Virus record (IMG/VR): IMGVR_UViG_3300025671_000038 | Direction: 5' to 3' (one strand) | Source of the DNA: a virus | DNA: 64,000 nucleotides | Part shown: one piece after another, positions 46,710-57,700 of the stretch | Layout: the number at the start of each line of letters is the position of its first letter | Position numbering within the stretch: position 1 is the first letter of the stretch | Made by a program: the position numbers and the translations under genes | The notes under the pieces: model-generated | What the model was told of the DNA's origin: nothing | Databases searched by the model: none | What the model saw: only the letters and a program-made list of their open reading frames with translations

Positions 46710-47591
46710 TTACCAGGTCATATTGGAGGATCCTAAAACTACCCATGATCCCTCCTGAGTCCCTGTATCTTTACCAATCCTAGGTTCCCATTGTAACTGT
46801 ATCGACGATTGATAAGGCTTACCAGCATCTACAGTTATTCCGGTAGATGGGAATTCACCATAGCTAGAGACTGTATTAAATCCTGTATAAGCTGATCCCT
46901 GAACGCCGGTTTTAATACTCCCAGCAGTGTTGTCTGTATTTACTATAGTCACTCTTAAACCAGCAGGAATATTTGATGCAGTTCCGCCTGTTGTACCTAC
47001 ACTTAGGTAAAGGCCAGAGCTACAACTAGCATAGATTACATCCTCCAGTCCAGTAATAGCATACGGAGAACCTGAAGTAGTTGTTATACCACCTCCACCA
47101 GTAGCAGAGTTAGGGAAAGCTGTTCCCGCAGTAATACCGGCAGAAACCGTAGTGTTTTGACTCCGGATACTTCCGCTTAGGTAACCATAAGTTAGCGAAG
47201 AATTTAGAGCCGAAGCGCCATTTAGATTGGTTGAGCCCGTAAAAGTTGTAGTCCCGCTCTGGTTTAAGCTACCAGATAGAGAAAATGTACCACTACCTGT
47301 TAGATTGGTAGTTGCGATACTTTGGAAGCTTCCAGCTCCGGTAGAGGTTATTTGGGCTAATGCTGTTCCCCCACTAGGAATAGTTAATGAATCAAACTTA
47401 CCAGTTTTTGCTGATATCCTTCCGGTGGAAGCACTCGTCAGATCCAATATACCGTTGGTGGAATCTATACCAAAGGTGTTATTGTATGAATTAATCCAAT
47501 TCTCCAATAAAAGGAAATTGGAATTAAGTGTCGTCCTAGAGGAAGAAATCGAATCTGATCCTAAAATCGTTGTTGTACTTACTGTGGCCAT
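46710..47591 (-). CDS. Fibre-like structural protein (S/T/G-rich)
   Basis: Probable start ATG 47591 (MATVSTTTILGSDSISSSRTTLNSNF), downstream of GATATATA at 47627-47634. Confidence 0.55.
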   Translation of the reverse strand: MATVSTTTILGSDSISSSRTTLNSNFLLLENWINSYNNTFGIDSTNGILDLTSASTGRISAKTGKFDSLTIPSGGTALAQITSTGAGSFQSIATTNLTGSGTFSLSGSLNQSGTTTFTGSTNLNGASALNSSLTYGYLSGSIRSQNTTVSAGITAGTAFPNSATGGGGITTTSGSPYAITGLEDVIYASCSSGLYLSVGTTGGTASNIPAGLRVTIVNTDNTAGSIKTGVQGSAYTGFNTVSSYGEFPSTGITVDAGKPYQSSIQLQWEPRIGKDTGTQEGSWVVLGSSNMTW

Positions 47592-47626
47592 TTCATGTAA
47601 ATTTTTTGATTTCCTTAGTTTTGAAA

Positions 47627-47634
47627 TATATATC
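47627..47634 (-). promoter_or_regulatory. GATATATA putative phage promoter (overlapping AATATATA on the plus strand)
   Basis: Divergent intergenic region between ATG 47591 (-) and ATG 47659 (+). Confidence 0.55.
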
Positions 47635-47658
47635 ACATCCATTTTCAAACTCTAAAAT

Positions 47659-48444
47659 ATGCTTGGAAATAAACCCTCCATCAGGAGAGTATATGATTTG
47701 AAGACAAAAAAGTCCGAATTAAGACTGGTTGAACCCAATCAGGCCAAGCTTATTCCAGTTATTATGTGCACTTGGATGAGAATAGAGGGATTCAAAAGAG
47801 TAGTAGAAAACCTAAACCGCCAGTCACACCGGAGCTTCAAACTTTTTGTGTGGAATAATAACCCAGACATTACTGAAGAAATTTTATCCATACTATCCGA
47901 AAAAGCTTCTTTTAGCTCAGACGTATTCCAAAGCGAGGTTAACATAGGTGGATTTGGGAGGTTCTATTTTGCTAATTTTCTATACGGTGATCCAAGGTTA
48001 GAAAGATATTGCATCTTTATAGATGACGATCAGACATTTGAGGAAGATATGATTAAAAAATTCTCACAGGAAGCTTCACCGAAAACCATACTCTCCCAGT
48101 GGTCTTGGAAATTTAATTCAACCAGGTACTTCGGAAGAGAAAACCGGGTGCTGGTAGAGCCGCATAATGAGGTTCACCACTGTGGAACCGGAGGGATGGT
48201 AGCAGATATGGAGATATTTATGGAAAGGGATCTTTATGAATGTCCAAAGAAATATTGGTTCATAGAAGATCTCTGGCTTTCATACTTTTCAAGTCATGTG
48301 AAAGGATATAAACTACTGAAGAGCTCCACGATATTTCAAAACGGATCGGATGAGCATAATCTAAACGACATAGTAAAGGAACAAAAAGAAACCATGCTAG
48401 CTGAACTAATAGAAGATCTAGGATGGGATATACTCAAAAAATAA
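47659..48444 (+). CDS. GT-A fold glycosyltransferase (GT2-like)
   Basis: PVIMCTWMR, LFVWNNN, NIGGFGRF, FIDDDQ (DxD), HCGTGG, IEDLWLS. Confidence 0.75.
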   Translation: MLGNKPSIRRVYDLKTKKSELRLVEPNQAKLIPVIMCTWMRIEGFKRVVENLNRQSHRSFKLFVWNNNPDITEEILSILSEKASFSSDVFQSEVNIGGFGRFYFANFLYGDPRLERYCIFIDDDQTFEEDMIKKFSQEASPKTILSQWSWKFNSTRYFGRENRVLVEPHNEVHHCGTGGMVADMEIFMERDLYECPKKYWFIEDLWLSYFSSHVKGYKLLKSSTIFQNGSDEHNLNDIVKEQKETMLAELIEDLGWDILKK

Positions 48445-48456
48445 AAAACCCAAAAA

Positions 48457-49119
48457 ATGCCCGAAAACACACAAAAAAGAGTACCAAAAGGTGACATAAA
48501 ATTCTCAATCTCGCTATCGGAGGAGCAGAAATTAGCAAAAGCAGAAATTAGGAATCATCCATTCAGCTTTATAACCGGGAAGGCAGGTAGCGGTAAAACA
48601 CTGCTAGCAGTACAAATAGCTCTAGATTCTTTTTTCAAGAGGGAGGTTAATAAAATAGTTATAACAAGACCTACAGTCTCCAACGAGGATAATGGATTTT
48701 TACCAGGATCATTGGAAGAAAAAATGGAGCCTTGGCTAGTCCCGATAAGGTCCAATATGAGAAAAGTGTACAATAAACCAGACATACTGGAAAAGATGGA
48801 AAAAGAGGAGAATATAGAATTGGTATCACTTACCCACTTTAGGGGACGAACTTTTGATAATTGCGTAGTGATAGTGGACGAGTTCCAAAATTTAACAAAA
48901 CAGCAGTTGGGAATGGTATTGGGTAGACTCGGAAAAAATTCTACCATGATGCTATGCGGGGATGGCCAGCAAATCGATCTTAAATTCAATAATGACTCAG
49001 CAATCCACGAAGTCCCGAAACTTAAGGACTCTTCATTTGTTTACACAATATCACTTAAGGACAATCACAGACACGAGTCGATCGACGAAGTTCTCAGGCT
49101 TCTTTCCAATAGTTATTGA
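48457..49119 (+). CDS. phoH: PhoH-family ATPase
   Basis: GKAGSGKT, IVITRP, GFLPGSLEEKMEPW, FRGRTF, IVDEFQN, GDGQQID, RH motif. Confidence 0.95.
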   Translation: MPENTQKRVPKGDIKFSISLSEEQKLAKAEIRNHPFSFITGKAGSGKTLLAVQIALDSFFKREVNKIVITRPTVSNEDNGFLPGSLEEKMEPWLVPIRSNMRKVYNKPDILEKMEKEENIELVSLTHFRGRTFDNCVVIVDEFQNLTKQQLGMVLGRLGKNSTMMLCGDGQQIDLKFNNDSAIHEVPKLKDSSFVYTISLKDNHRHESIDEVLRLLSNSY

Positions 49120-52100
49120 TTGAAGGTAGCATCCGGGTTATTCGGTATTACTATACCAGATCCGAATTTAATCCTGCTATCAAGCATAATTTGAAGTTGT
49201 TCTAAATTCATATCTCGACCTAGTTCGAGAGCTTTAGAGTTTCTATCCAAGTTAGCAGGTATGTACCCGTAATCTGCAGAATTGACATACTCAGGGTTAG
49301 GATCGCTAGCAACTGGGATTGATTGATTCACAACTTTTATAAAAGCAGGTTTGGAAACCTCGTAGACGTTCCCAACAGAATCCTCTACAGAATTAACAAC
49401 GGAATAATACCCAGATTCCGCGAATGTGTAAATGAAGTATGGGACATTTTTTACGTCGAGCAGTACCTCCTTTGTTTTCGCATTAGTCAGGATCCATCTA
49501 TTATTATTTTTCCCAAATATCTTGGAGTCATAATTACTTAGGAAAAGAGTGGAGAGCATCGGAACATACAGATCAGAATCGCTATTGTGAACATCGACCC
49601 ATGACCATGTACCGGACCCGACTCTTGATATGACATCACCCATAGCCTTACCTGGTTCCTTCTTATAGCCCTTAAACATGGAAACGAAGTTACCGTCACC
49701 TGATTCATAGGGAAGGTTAGCAGGACCAGTAACTCCCGAATGGGATCCAGCTAAAAACATATTATTTCCATCCGAGATGGTAAAAGTAAAGTCCTCCTGG
49801 ACACCAACGGAAGGAACTATTCTTAGAGAAACCTCACCAAGTATAAGATTCCTAGGTTTTGTCCCAGTTATACCACCGGATAGCATACTAAACTGGTAAA
49901 CACCAGGGCTACCATAAACCGGGTTAATCCCAGGGTCGTCGTAATATCCAGTATTTCCACCAATATCGGTCCACTCTATTCTTCCCCCACGCCCAGAGAA
50001 GTCGACTATTTGATCAGTTATGTCATTCCCGCCCTGGATAACGTTTATAAATACAACATCTATTAAGGGAATAAGATCATACACAGATAACTGATCCACA
50101 TCCGGTATGTTAATGGTTCCAATATGGAAGAGATCACTCTTGAATGATATGGGACTATTTTGTGAGGTTACAAATGTGTCTATTAATGTACCTGAAACAT
50201 TCCTTTTAACTATATTGTAAGAATCGCCTACAATGGAGGGATCCTGTGGATACTTTAAGGATACGTAATAATCCCCGTCAGGATTAACTCTACTACACTG
50301 GGTTAGTGATACCTTATAAGGTTCTCCATAAGTGGAAGATAAAAAATTATAGTTGGACAACAGGGAATATTTGCCACCAGGTTTCAACGAGAGAGTTCCT
50401 AGATTAACATCTCCAGAAGTTCCGCTCACAAGACCATCAGTACCACTTGGAGATGGTGTAATAGTGGCATTTCCGCTGTATAGAAAATCAAAGTAGTATT
50501 GATTATCAGACCTATAAACCATCCCAGACGAATTCCAGTCTGAGTATAAAGGATCCGCTGAATTAAAATTCTTTATAAAAGCCCCGGTAATCCCGGAATT
50601 AGATGACGAATTTAACAAGAAGAAAGGTCTAGCAAAGCCTGTAGGTCCGGGATGATCTAGACTTATTCCCCTGGAAGAAATGTTACCACTAGCAGAACCG
50701 CTCAGAACATAGGTTGAACTATCCCTCAATGACTGGATTTCCTTCAAATAAAATCCAGTTGAACCCAGGGTAAATCCATTTTTAAGATCCAAATAAGAAT
50801 CCATATCAATTACGAAACCACTACTGTAATAGCTTCCGCCCTCAAATCCGGAAAATAGGAAATACGGTGCGTTTGGAATGTCCTCCGTAAATTCATACCC
50901 GTTAGTAAGAGTAGAGATGCCGCCTTCAATGTTAGTGGTAAGTCTTACTGAATTTTTAGATATTGAAAGATCTGTAATCCCGATCCCCGTCATAGAACCA
51001 GAGGTTGGTGATCCAGGTCTACTATCATAGGAATAACTAGCTCTAGGGAAGTATCTAAAATTACTCAGGCAATATTCGGATTGTATAACATTACTCTGAG
51101 AAAAATCTAATCCACCGTAGCTAACCTGATTACCCAGGTCATAATCAACCTCCGCGATGAAATATCCGGAGCTTCCGTCCAAAATCGACTCGTCGGGTAT
51201 GTATGCACCGCTAGTTGCTCCAGTAGGTCCGTTTAGTATCCACGGATAATCATAACTAGCAGTAATACCTGGGGTAGCTATATTGGAGAAACCTATAGGT
51301 GCACCTGTTGGTCCGCTAACACCAGTGGCATTCATCTCTGAAGCACCAGGAAACTTGGATCCATATACAAACTTACCTGCCTCTATATAGCTACTAAAGG
51401 ACCCGGCAACAAACAGGGTAGAATCATCAAGGGATGGGCAAGCTCTAAGAGCCCTCGTAGATTTTCCCCTAAATGGGATTGCCCCCATAATTTGCCCTGA
51501 ATCGCTATAAAATGCTACAAATCCAACCTCCCCAGTTCCTCCAGTTCCACCACTAGGGTTCGGATTGCTAAGAATATATGAGGAGTCTAAATTTGATGGC
51601 TCTCCTAAATTTATAGAAGACTCCCCGGAATATCCTGTTATCACATTATATCCCTTATATCTACACGAGGAGGTAATTGTGAAACTATCAATATCATCAA
51701 GCCAAGTATAGGAGTCAGGGATTAATCTCTTCTGCTCCAGGTCAGAATAACTCAGAATTGGAGGGTTACTCCAGTAGCTTCTATCACCAGCGGAATTATT
51801 GGCTATATCCTTGAAATCAGTCTCAAGAAATAGATTTCTTGGATCCATTCCAGGATGACTATTCAGGAGTGGTGAGAGGTCATAATTAGTCCACGTGGGA
51901 AATTCCCAGGTGTACTTGTTTGCTTTTGGCAGTCTTGCGGTATCTGTTGTTCCTCCAGTGGTGGTAGGTGTATAAGATACAAAATTCCACCCGGTAGTTC
52001 CGGTATATTTGGAAGTGCCATATACGTGAGGTATAGTATAATCAAAGAGGGTTAGATAATTTCCAGCTACTACCCACAAATCAGAGGGATAAGCAGTTTT

Positions 52101-53108
52101 GCTTGTGTATCTGGTCTTCTCTTGTATAATTAGGAGATCTATGACTCTGTCATCAATTAAATCAGAATTAGACTGTGTGTAATTAGTAAATGTTGTCCCG
52201 TTAAAATGGTAAAACCCATCAGTATTTGGTGTTGCCACCATAGTGGGGGAACCAACCTTAAAGAACACATGGCCATTTTTTCGGGCTACCACTTTCGTAA
52301 CCCCAATTCCAGACCCCACTGACCATCTATAGTACTTTTCTCCATCCCAGTACACCAGACCATCGGAAGTTCCCAACCAATAATTTCCATTCTCATCAAA
52401 GGAGATCGAATATACAGTGTTTGATCCTATGTTGGAATTTGAGGTGTTTCTTTTCACCATCTCAGGTATAGATATAACACCTCCAGACAGCTCCGAGGTT
52501 GCTATTTTTCCGTCGGGTATAACTTGTAGCCCGTCGTTTGTACAGAGGTAATAATTATAATCTCCTCCCTCAGTTCCGACCGCCGTCATTTCATAAATAT
52601 GAGGCCATGTATAATTGGGTGCAACTTCTTCCCATGATTCATCGACCTTATCATATCTCCATAAATAGCCACCAGTTACACCAATGTCACCGCTAGCTCC
52701 GGTTCCGCCACCACCGTTAAGCGGGGAGATAAATGCTAGAACATCGTTACCATACGGACAAGCGTAAATTGATGGAACATCCCAATTATCACCAGAAGCG
52801 ATTATGTTACCAAACTCTGACTGTGACCAGGATTTACCAGATCTAACATCCTCTCCTGAGATATAAAAAACCAAGCTGTTTTCGACCCCTGTGGTAACAG
52901 CAGAACCTACCCACTTGTTATCCTGAGGATCTATAGAGATTGACCTGGTGTCCTTGTAGTATGGTCCATTGGAAGGGACAGCTGAATTGGAAGAATTATA
53001 ATACTTCCACTGATCCCCGTCATAATTGTTTAAGTTTCTCCCAACAACCCAAACGGATCCGTTGGAATCCAGAGCAGCATCGTTTATGTAAAGGTTTAAA
53101 TTAGCCAT
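49113..53108 (-). CDS. Putative receptor-binding/tail protein with Reg_prop-like beta-propeller repeats and a C-terminal PKD-like domain
   Basis: Repeats such as SISIDPQDNKWVG and NSNIGSNTVYSISFDENGNYWLGTSDGL; C-terminal YTFAESGYYSVVNSVEDSVGN. Confidence 0.6.
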   Translation of the reverse strand: MANLNLYINDAALDSNGSVWVVGRNLNNYDGDQWKYYNSSNSAVPSNGPYYKDTRSISIDPQDNKWVGSAVTTGVENSLVFYISGEDVRSGKSWSQSEFGNIIASGDNWDVPSIYACPYGNDVLAFISPLNGGGGTGASGDIGVTGGYLWRYDKVDESWEEVAPNYTWPHIYEMTAVGTEGGDYNYYLCTNDGLQVIPDGKIATSELSGGVISIPEMVKRNTSNSNIGSNTVYSISFDENGNYWLGTSDGLVYWDGEKYYRWSVGSGIGVTKVVARKNGHVFFKVGSPTMVATPNTDGFYHFNGTTFTNYTQSNSDLIDDRVIDLLIIQEKTRYTSKTAYPSDLWVVAGNYLTLFDYTIPHVYGTSKYTGTTGWNFVSYTPTTTGGTTDTARLPKANKYTWEFPTWTNYDLSPLLNSHPGMDPRNLFLETDFKDIANNSAGDRSYWSNPPILSYSDLEQKRLIPDSYTWLDDIDSFTITSSCRYKGYNVITGYSGESSINLGEPSNLDSSYILSNPNPSGGTGGTGEVGFVAFYSDSGQIMGAIPFRGKSTRALRACPSLDDSTLFVAGSFSSYIEAGKFVYGSKFPGASEMNATGVSGPTGAPIGFSNIATPGITASYDYPWILNGPTGATSGAYIPDESILDGSSGYFIAEVDYDLGNQVSYGGLDFSQSNVIQSEYCLSNFRYFPRASYSYDSRPGSPTSGSMTGIGITDLSISKNSVRLTTNIEGGISTLTNGYEFTEDIPNAPYFLFSGFEGGSYYSSGFVIDMDSYLDLKNGFTLGSTGFYLKEIQSLRDSSTYVLSGSASGNISSRGISLDHPGPTGFARPFFLLNSSSNSGITGAFIKNFNSADPLYSDWNSSGMVYRSDNQYYFDFLYSGNATITPSPSGTDGLVSGTSGDVNLGTLSLKPGGKYSLLSNYNFLSSTYGEPYKVSLTQCSRVNPDGDYYVSLKYPQDPSIVGDSYNIVKRNVSGTLIDTFVTSQNSPISFKSDLFHIGTINIPDVDQLSVYDLIPLIDVVFINVIQGGNDITDQIVDFSGRGGRIEWTDIGGNTGYYDDPGINPVYGSPGVYQFSMLSGGITGTKPRNLILGEVSLRIVPSVGVQEDFTFTISDGNNMFLAGSHSGVTGPANLPYESGDGNFVSMFKGYKKEPGKAMGDVISRVGSGTWSWVDVHNSDSDLYVPMLSTLFLSNYDSKIFGKNNNRWILTNAKTKEVLLDVKNVPYFIYTFAESGYYSVVNSVEDSVGNVYEVSKPAFIKVVNQSIPVASDPNPEYVNSADYGYIPANLDRNSKALELGRDMNLEQLQIMLDSRIKFGSGIVIPNNPDATFNQ

Positions 53109-53125
53109 TATTATCCATATTTATC

Positions 53126-54751
53126 TTAAGCAATACTTCCCCCTATTTGTACTTGAGATCCTATTTCCTGATAATCAAGGAGATCCGTGAGTACCCTCAT
53201 ACAGCCGGTACACGTGTGACCCGTTGCATTCACTTTGTCACTTCCGAAAGGTAAAACCTCACCTCCAAAAGGAGATATGAGCAGATCTAACGGCTTGGAA
53301 TTATCAGCAAATTCGAGCTTTATAATATCGGTTGTCTTTAACAAGATCTTAAGTCCATAATAAGAACTTGGGGTTCCTCCAGTATCTATATTGTATCTTT
53401 GTAATGCCACAGCTTCAACATCATTAGTCCCACCAGCAAAGTTACTAGTAAAAGCAGCATTAAGAATGCTAGCTACCCCAGATTGACCCCCCACGTCCTG
53501 CATGGCATAATAGTTACCGCTATCTACGTTTCCAACCCCGCCATTGTCATTGAAAGAAATAGTAAATCCACCAGCTCCAGCCGTCTTAGAAATATAGCTA
53601 ACAGTCACCTCGTAAACAGAAGCGACCGGAGCTCCATAACTTTGCAAATATTGAGGTGAGGGGATAACAGGATCCTTGAAGGTACCAGCTCCAACCAGAA
53701 CTGGGAATCTTCTGCTCGGATATGTTGCTAACTGGGCTGAATGAAGTATAGGATATCGGCTTCCTATAATTTCAGCAAGGAGACTATTAGTATAGTTATA
53801 AGAGTCTACCAAGGCAGTTATGTCTGAAGACACAGAGAAGTAAATTTTGTTCACACTTCCTCCGCCTAGAATGTAGTTGCCACTGACGACCGTCGGGATC
53901 ACAGATCCATAAAGACTCGTAACTATACAAGCGAACCCACTAAACGATCCCCAGCCACTATTGAGGAAATCAGAGCTAATTGTTGGGGGTAACCCGGTGC
54001 AGTAAATCGTAGCAGATTCTAAATTGGAATGAAAGTATTGTATGGGCTGTGCACCGCTACCACTAGTCCCGGGGGTTATACTCATAATTATATCATTACC
54101 CGGAAGTCCAATTGAGGAAGTTCTGGTTGGGATTGCCGCAACCGGAGATTCTTCATCATAGGATGTAAGAGGTAGGGGATATCCATTTATAACAAATTCC
54201 TCCAGTGGTCCTATTTTATACACAGAATATCCCTTAACGACAGTGTCAGAACCCGAGACATTAGATGCAGTTAGCTCCACTGAAACATTTATCTCTGTAC
54301 CTGGCGCATCACCAGCAAGAGCACCCGGGACATCCACCCAATCGGAATAAGAAAACCCGGTAACATTCTGGGTAGTTGCTGTGTATGATCCAATAGTCCA
54401 AGCGAATGTATCGGGTGCTGAGGGTAACCCGGTACTTGTATCAGTAAAAGAGTTAGTCTCATCCATAAGCCTAGATGTATACTGTCTGCTGAAATTGGCA
54501 AATACAGCAGCAGGCAAAACGTTTACCAGGTCAGTCTGTACCAGAGAAGAGGTAACGCTAGCAGCATCCGTAACCGTAAGGGTAGCGGTATAATCACCAG
54601 GGGAGGAATATGTGACGCTAGCAGTAGGACCAGTAGCGGTCGACGGAACACCTCCGCTAAAGCTCCAAGAATACTCATACGGTAAAAGGCCACCAGTCGT
54701 AGTGTCCGTAAATATTATATTCTGTCCTTGGTATATTTGTATGTTCGGCAT
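53126..54751 (-). CDS. PKD-domain virion protein
   Basis: FTDTTTG...YSWSFSGG...VTYSSPGDYTATLTVTD and a second FTDTSTG...FAWTIG repeat. Confidence 0.75.
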   Translation of the reverse strand: MPNIQIYQGQNIIFTDTTTGGLLPYEYSWSFSGGVPSTATGPTASVTYSSPGDYTATLTVTDAASVTSSLVQTDLVNVLPAAVFANFSRQYTSRLMDETNSFTDTSTGLPSAPDTFAWTIGSYTATTQNVTGFSYSDWVDVPGALAGDAPGTEINVSVELTASNVSGSDTVVKGYSVYKIGPLEEFVINGYPLPLTSYDEESPVAAIPTRTSSIGLPGNDIIMSITPGTSGSGAQPIQYFHSNLESATIYCTGLPPTISSDFLNSGWGSFSGFACIVTSLYGSVIPTVVSGNYILGGGSVNKIYFSVSSDITALVDSYNYTNSLLAEIIGSRYPILHSAQLATYPSRRFPVLVGAGTFKDPVIPSPQYLQSYGAPVASVYEVTVSYISKTAGAGGFTISFNDNGGVGNVDSGNYYAMQDVGGQSGVASILNAAFTSNFAGGTNDVEAVALQRYNIDTGGTPSSYYGLKILLKTTDIIKLEFADNSKPLDLLISPFGGEVLPFGSDKVNATGHTCTGCMRVLTDLLDYQEIGSQVQIGGSIA

Positions 54752-54771
54752 ATCTTACGATTTATTGTTTC

Positions 54772-57700
54772 TTAAGGTCCAGTTGCATAGGTAAACGAAA
54801 CTACCAAAGGAGGTGGAGCTCCAGGTACCGAAGCAGGTACCGCACTCGTACCGCCGGATATAGCAGCGTCGTAAAAAATAGGCTCTATAGGACCAGAAGT
54901 AGTTAGAGATGCTGTAGCTCCTGTCGGGATTGTTCTGTAGTAAAAATTGGTTATATTGGAATCTACAGAAGAGTTTAACTGCGACACAGCAGAACCAACG
55001 GTGAGGTAAGAGGTAGAACCTGTTCCCCCGTCCTTAGTAAAAGTAACACCGGTTGGGAGAGGGTAGTTATCAGCACCAGTACTGAGCTCAATATGATCCC
55101 CAGGTTTAATGCTATGAATCTCATATCCACCAAGCCACCCGCTCTCATAGCCGAAATCAGCCCACGAGTGAGCATATGCCTCATCCCAAGAAGAATCCGT
55201 AAAAGTTTCCCAGTTTAAAAATTTAGTTCCGAAGTACTTAAGGTTTTCAACTGGTAAAACACCATCAGCAGGATCCCAGGAAACGTAAGCAGTTCCCCCT
55301 GTAACACCCCCACTTAAATAAGGATCGCTGGATACAAGGGATAGCGATCCAGACAGTAGAACGCTAAGTTTATCATTATTTCCTATATTCCCACTCGATA
55401 CATCAGCAACCACATTTACAGTAGCAGGAACGTCGTTGGGAGCGAAAGACTGCGCAAAGTAATCGGGCTGAGTGTATACTCCGTTTATTTCTGCTATTAT
55501 CGAGTTAACTGTAGATTGAAGATTAGATCCGGATGATGTTGCACCTATTGCACGGCCGTTTATATAAACAGTAATATCACCCCCGCCGGTAGTTTTCTGG
55601 TCTGGGTACGTGCTAGGCAAAACATAATATGCTGTTGCTCCTATCAATGATCCAGTTCCAGAGGTAGCACCGACTCCAGATTGGTTAGTTATCACATAAG
55701 GGACCTGGAAGCTATATCCGGTAGATCCACTCGGAATAGAAACGATATTCCAAGACTTGTTTAGTGGATCTATAGATCCGCTAATAAAGATATCGTCGCC
55801 TTCCTTAAAATTATGAGGTTGCTCAGTGTGTATGGTCGCGTATCCATATTGGCTGCCGCTTATCCACAGCGAATAGGCATACTTAATATCGATCATCGAC
55901 TGGTTGATAGTAAAATTACCGGATGCTCCCACACCCTCGGTATATTTCTTCACACTCAGTTTTTGCCCATCAATAGCGTTATTTCCATATACTGCAAAAT
56001 CGAGAATCTCTTCAGGAATCTGCTTTGCTACCTCAGAAAAAGTTTTTCCCTCCGCCGGATATTCCCATATGGAATTATAGGAGTCCCATGTTCTAATGGT
56101 CTGATCCCAGAGGTAGTTTTCATTCTCCCTATACCTTGTCCACCCGTCTATTAAAATACTTCTGGGCGAAACCTGGATTTTAGACTTCTGTATCTTAACA
56201 TTTCTGAAGTTGAAGGAGTCGTATAAATTGCACTTAATATCATAAGATCCAGTATATGGAAGGAAATGGGCTAATTTGTAATAGTCCATAGTATAACCAC
56301 GATAAGAGAAATAATATGGACTTCCCCCCTGTGTAGGGGATTTTGATATTTCCCACTCTATCTCGTTATATGCTGAGAAGTCTATCGAAGACCAGGTTAA
56401 AGCTTTGTTGTTAAAATTGAATGTTGGCAGCGTAAGTGAATCCCAGGTCATACCCATTTCATCCCAATCCCACCTATCAACATCTAACTCCAAAACAACT
56501 GGCATACCTAGTGGATTAAGATATTTGTTACCAGTGGTCCTGTTAAGGTCAATGACAGGGTCATTAACATCATCACCCAGACTTTTAAGCATCTCGTTTT
56601 CCTTTATGTAATAAAAATTAGAGATTGCATTGATCATTTCCCTATTTTGGTCCGGTGTATATTTCTGCCCGTTATAAAGTGGATTTACACCATTACCAAA
56701 ATCTGATATGCTGGAATCAATAACGCTGATCGACCCATTAAGGGAGGAATTGGCTGTAGAGTAATAGTATAGATTATTAGACTCCTGTGGATTAACGTCT
56801 ATCGTAACTGTTCCTCCCGTAGCACCGTTATTGACCACTCCCAGTGGATTTATCTGACTTAGTGAAGGGCTCGTAGTTAGGTAGAGGTCATAATCGTAAG
56901 ACCCTTGGGTAAGGTTAAGCTTGTATTTCTTACCTCTCATAAAGGTAAGAGATGGGTTAGATCCCGCGACACCATTAACTATAAAAGCATTCCCAGATGG
57001 ACCTGTCACAGCAAAATTTAAATCAACCACATCATAGTAGTTCATTGGTGCTTGTATCGATGTCTTGCTTGTACGGGTCCCGAAAGCTCTAAGATCCTCT
57101 ATAAACCCAAAATCAGGATTAGCAGTGAATGATATATTGTTACCAATGTCGATATCCTCCCTCTCCAGTACATCGGTCCATGCTTTGCTGTTATAAATAT
57201 TGTAATAAACGCCCTCCCCAGTTATGTCGATTATTCTAGCATTGAGGGGAAGGTATGATGCCTTTAATCTCTCCTTAAGAGCAAATAGCTTAACAAGAAC
57301 CTCCTCCTGAGTAAAAGCAAATGCTTCCGGAGTATCTGGGTATCCATATGGATCTTTTGTAGAAGAGGTCGTATTTATATCATAGTAAAGCCCGAATAGT
57401 GAGGTCTTTTTATAGGTTCTACTTGGAACCAACGTATTCTCGGATGAAACATCCAACACATACTCGCCATCAGAGTTTGGCCCGTAGGTTTGCTCCAGCC
57501 TATACTTCCCGGTATTCTCATTATCAAAGACGTCCGCAATGAGATTAGATTGGTTGGGTATTGGTGTATTTCCGTAATTATTAAGGAAATTCTTGTTCTC
57601 TTCCAGTGGGGAAAGATTAAGCTTGTTATATCTCAGATTAAGCCAGTATTCCTTTATCCTTAAATCCTGATATCCAAAGAATTTCAGGGCTCCTATTAGT

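Noticed and set aside
47227-47655. 142-aa plus-strand ORF opposite the fibre-like gene, and the longer 47648 start for that gene
   Set aside because: Antisense shadow; the longer start would run through the GATATATA promoter, so ATG 47591 is preferred.
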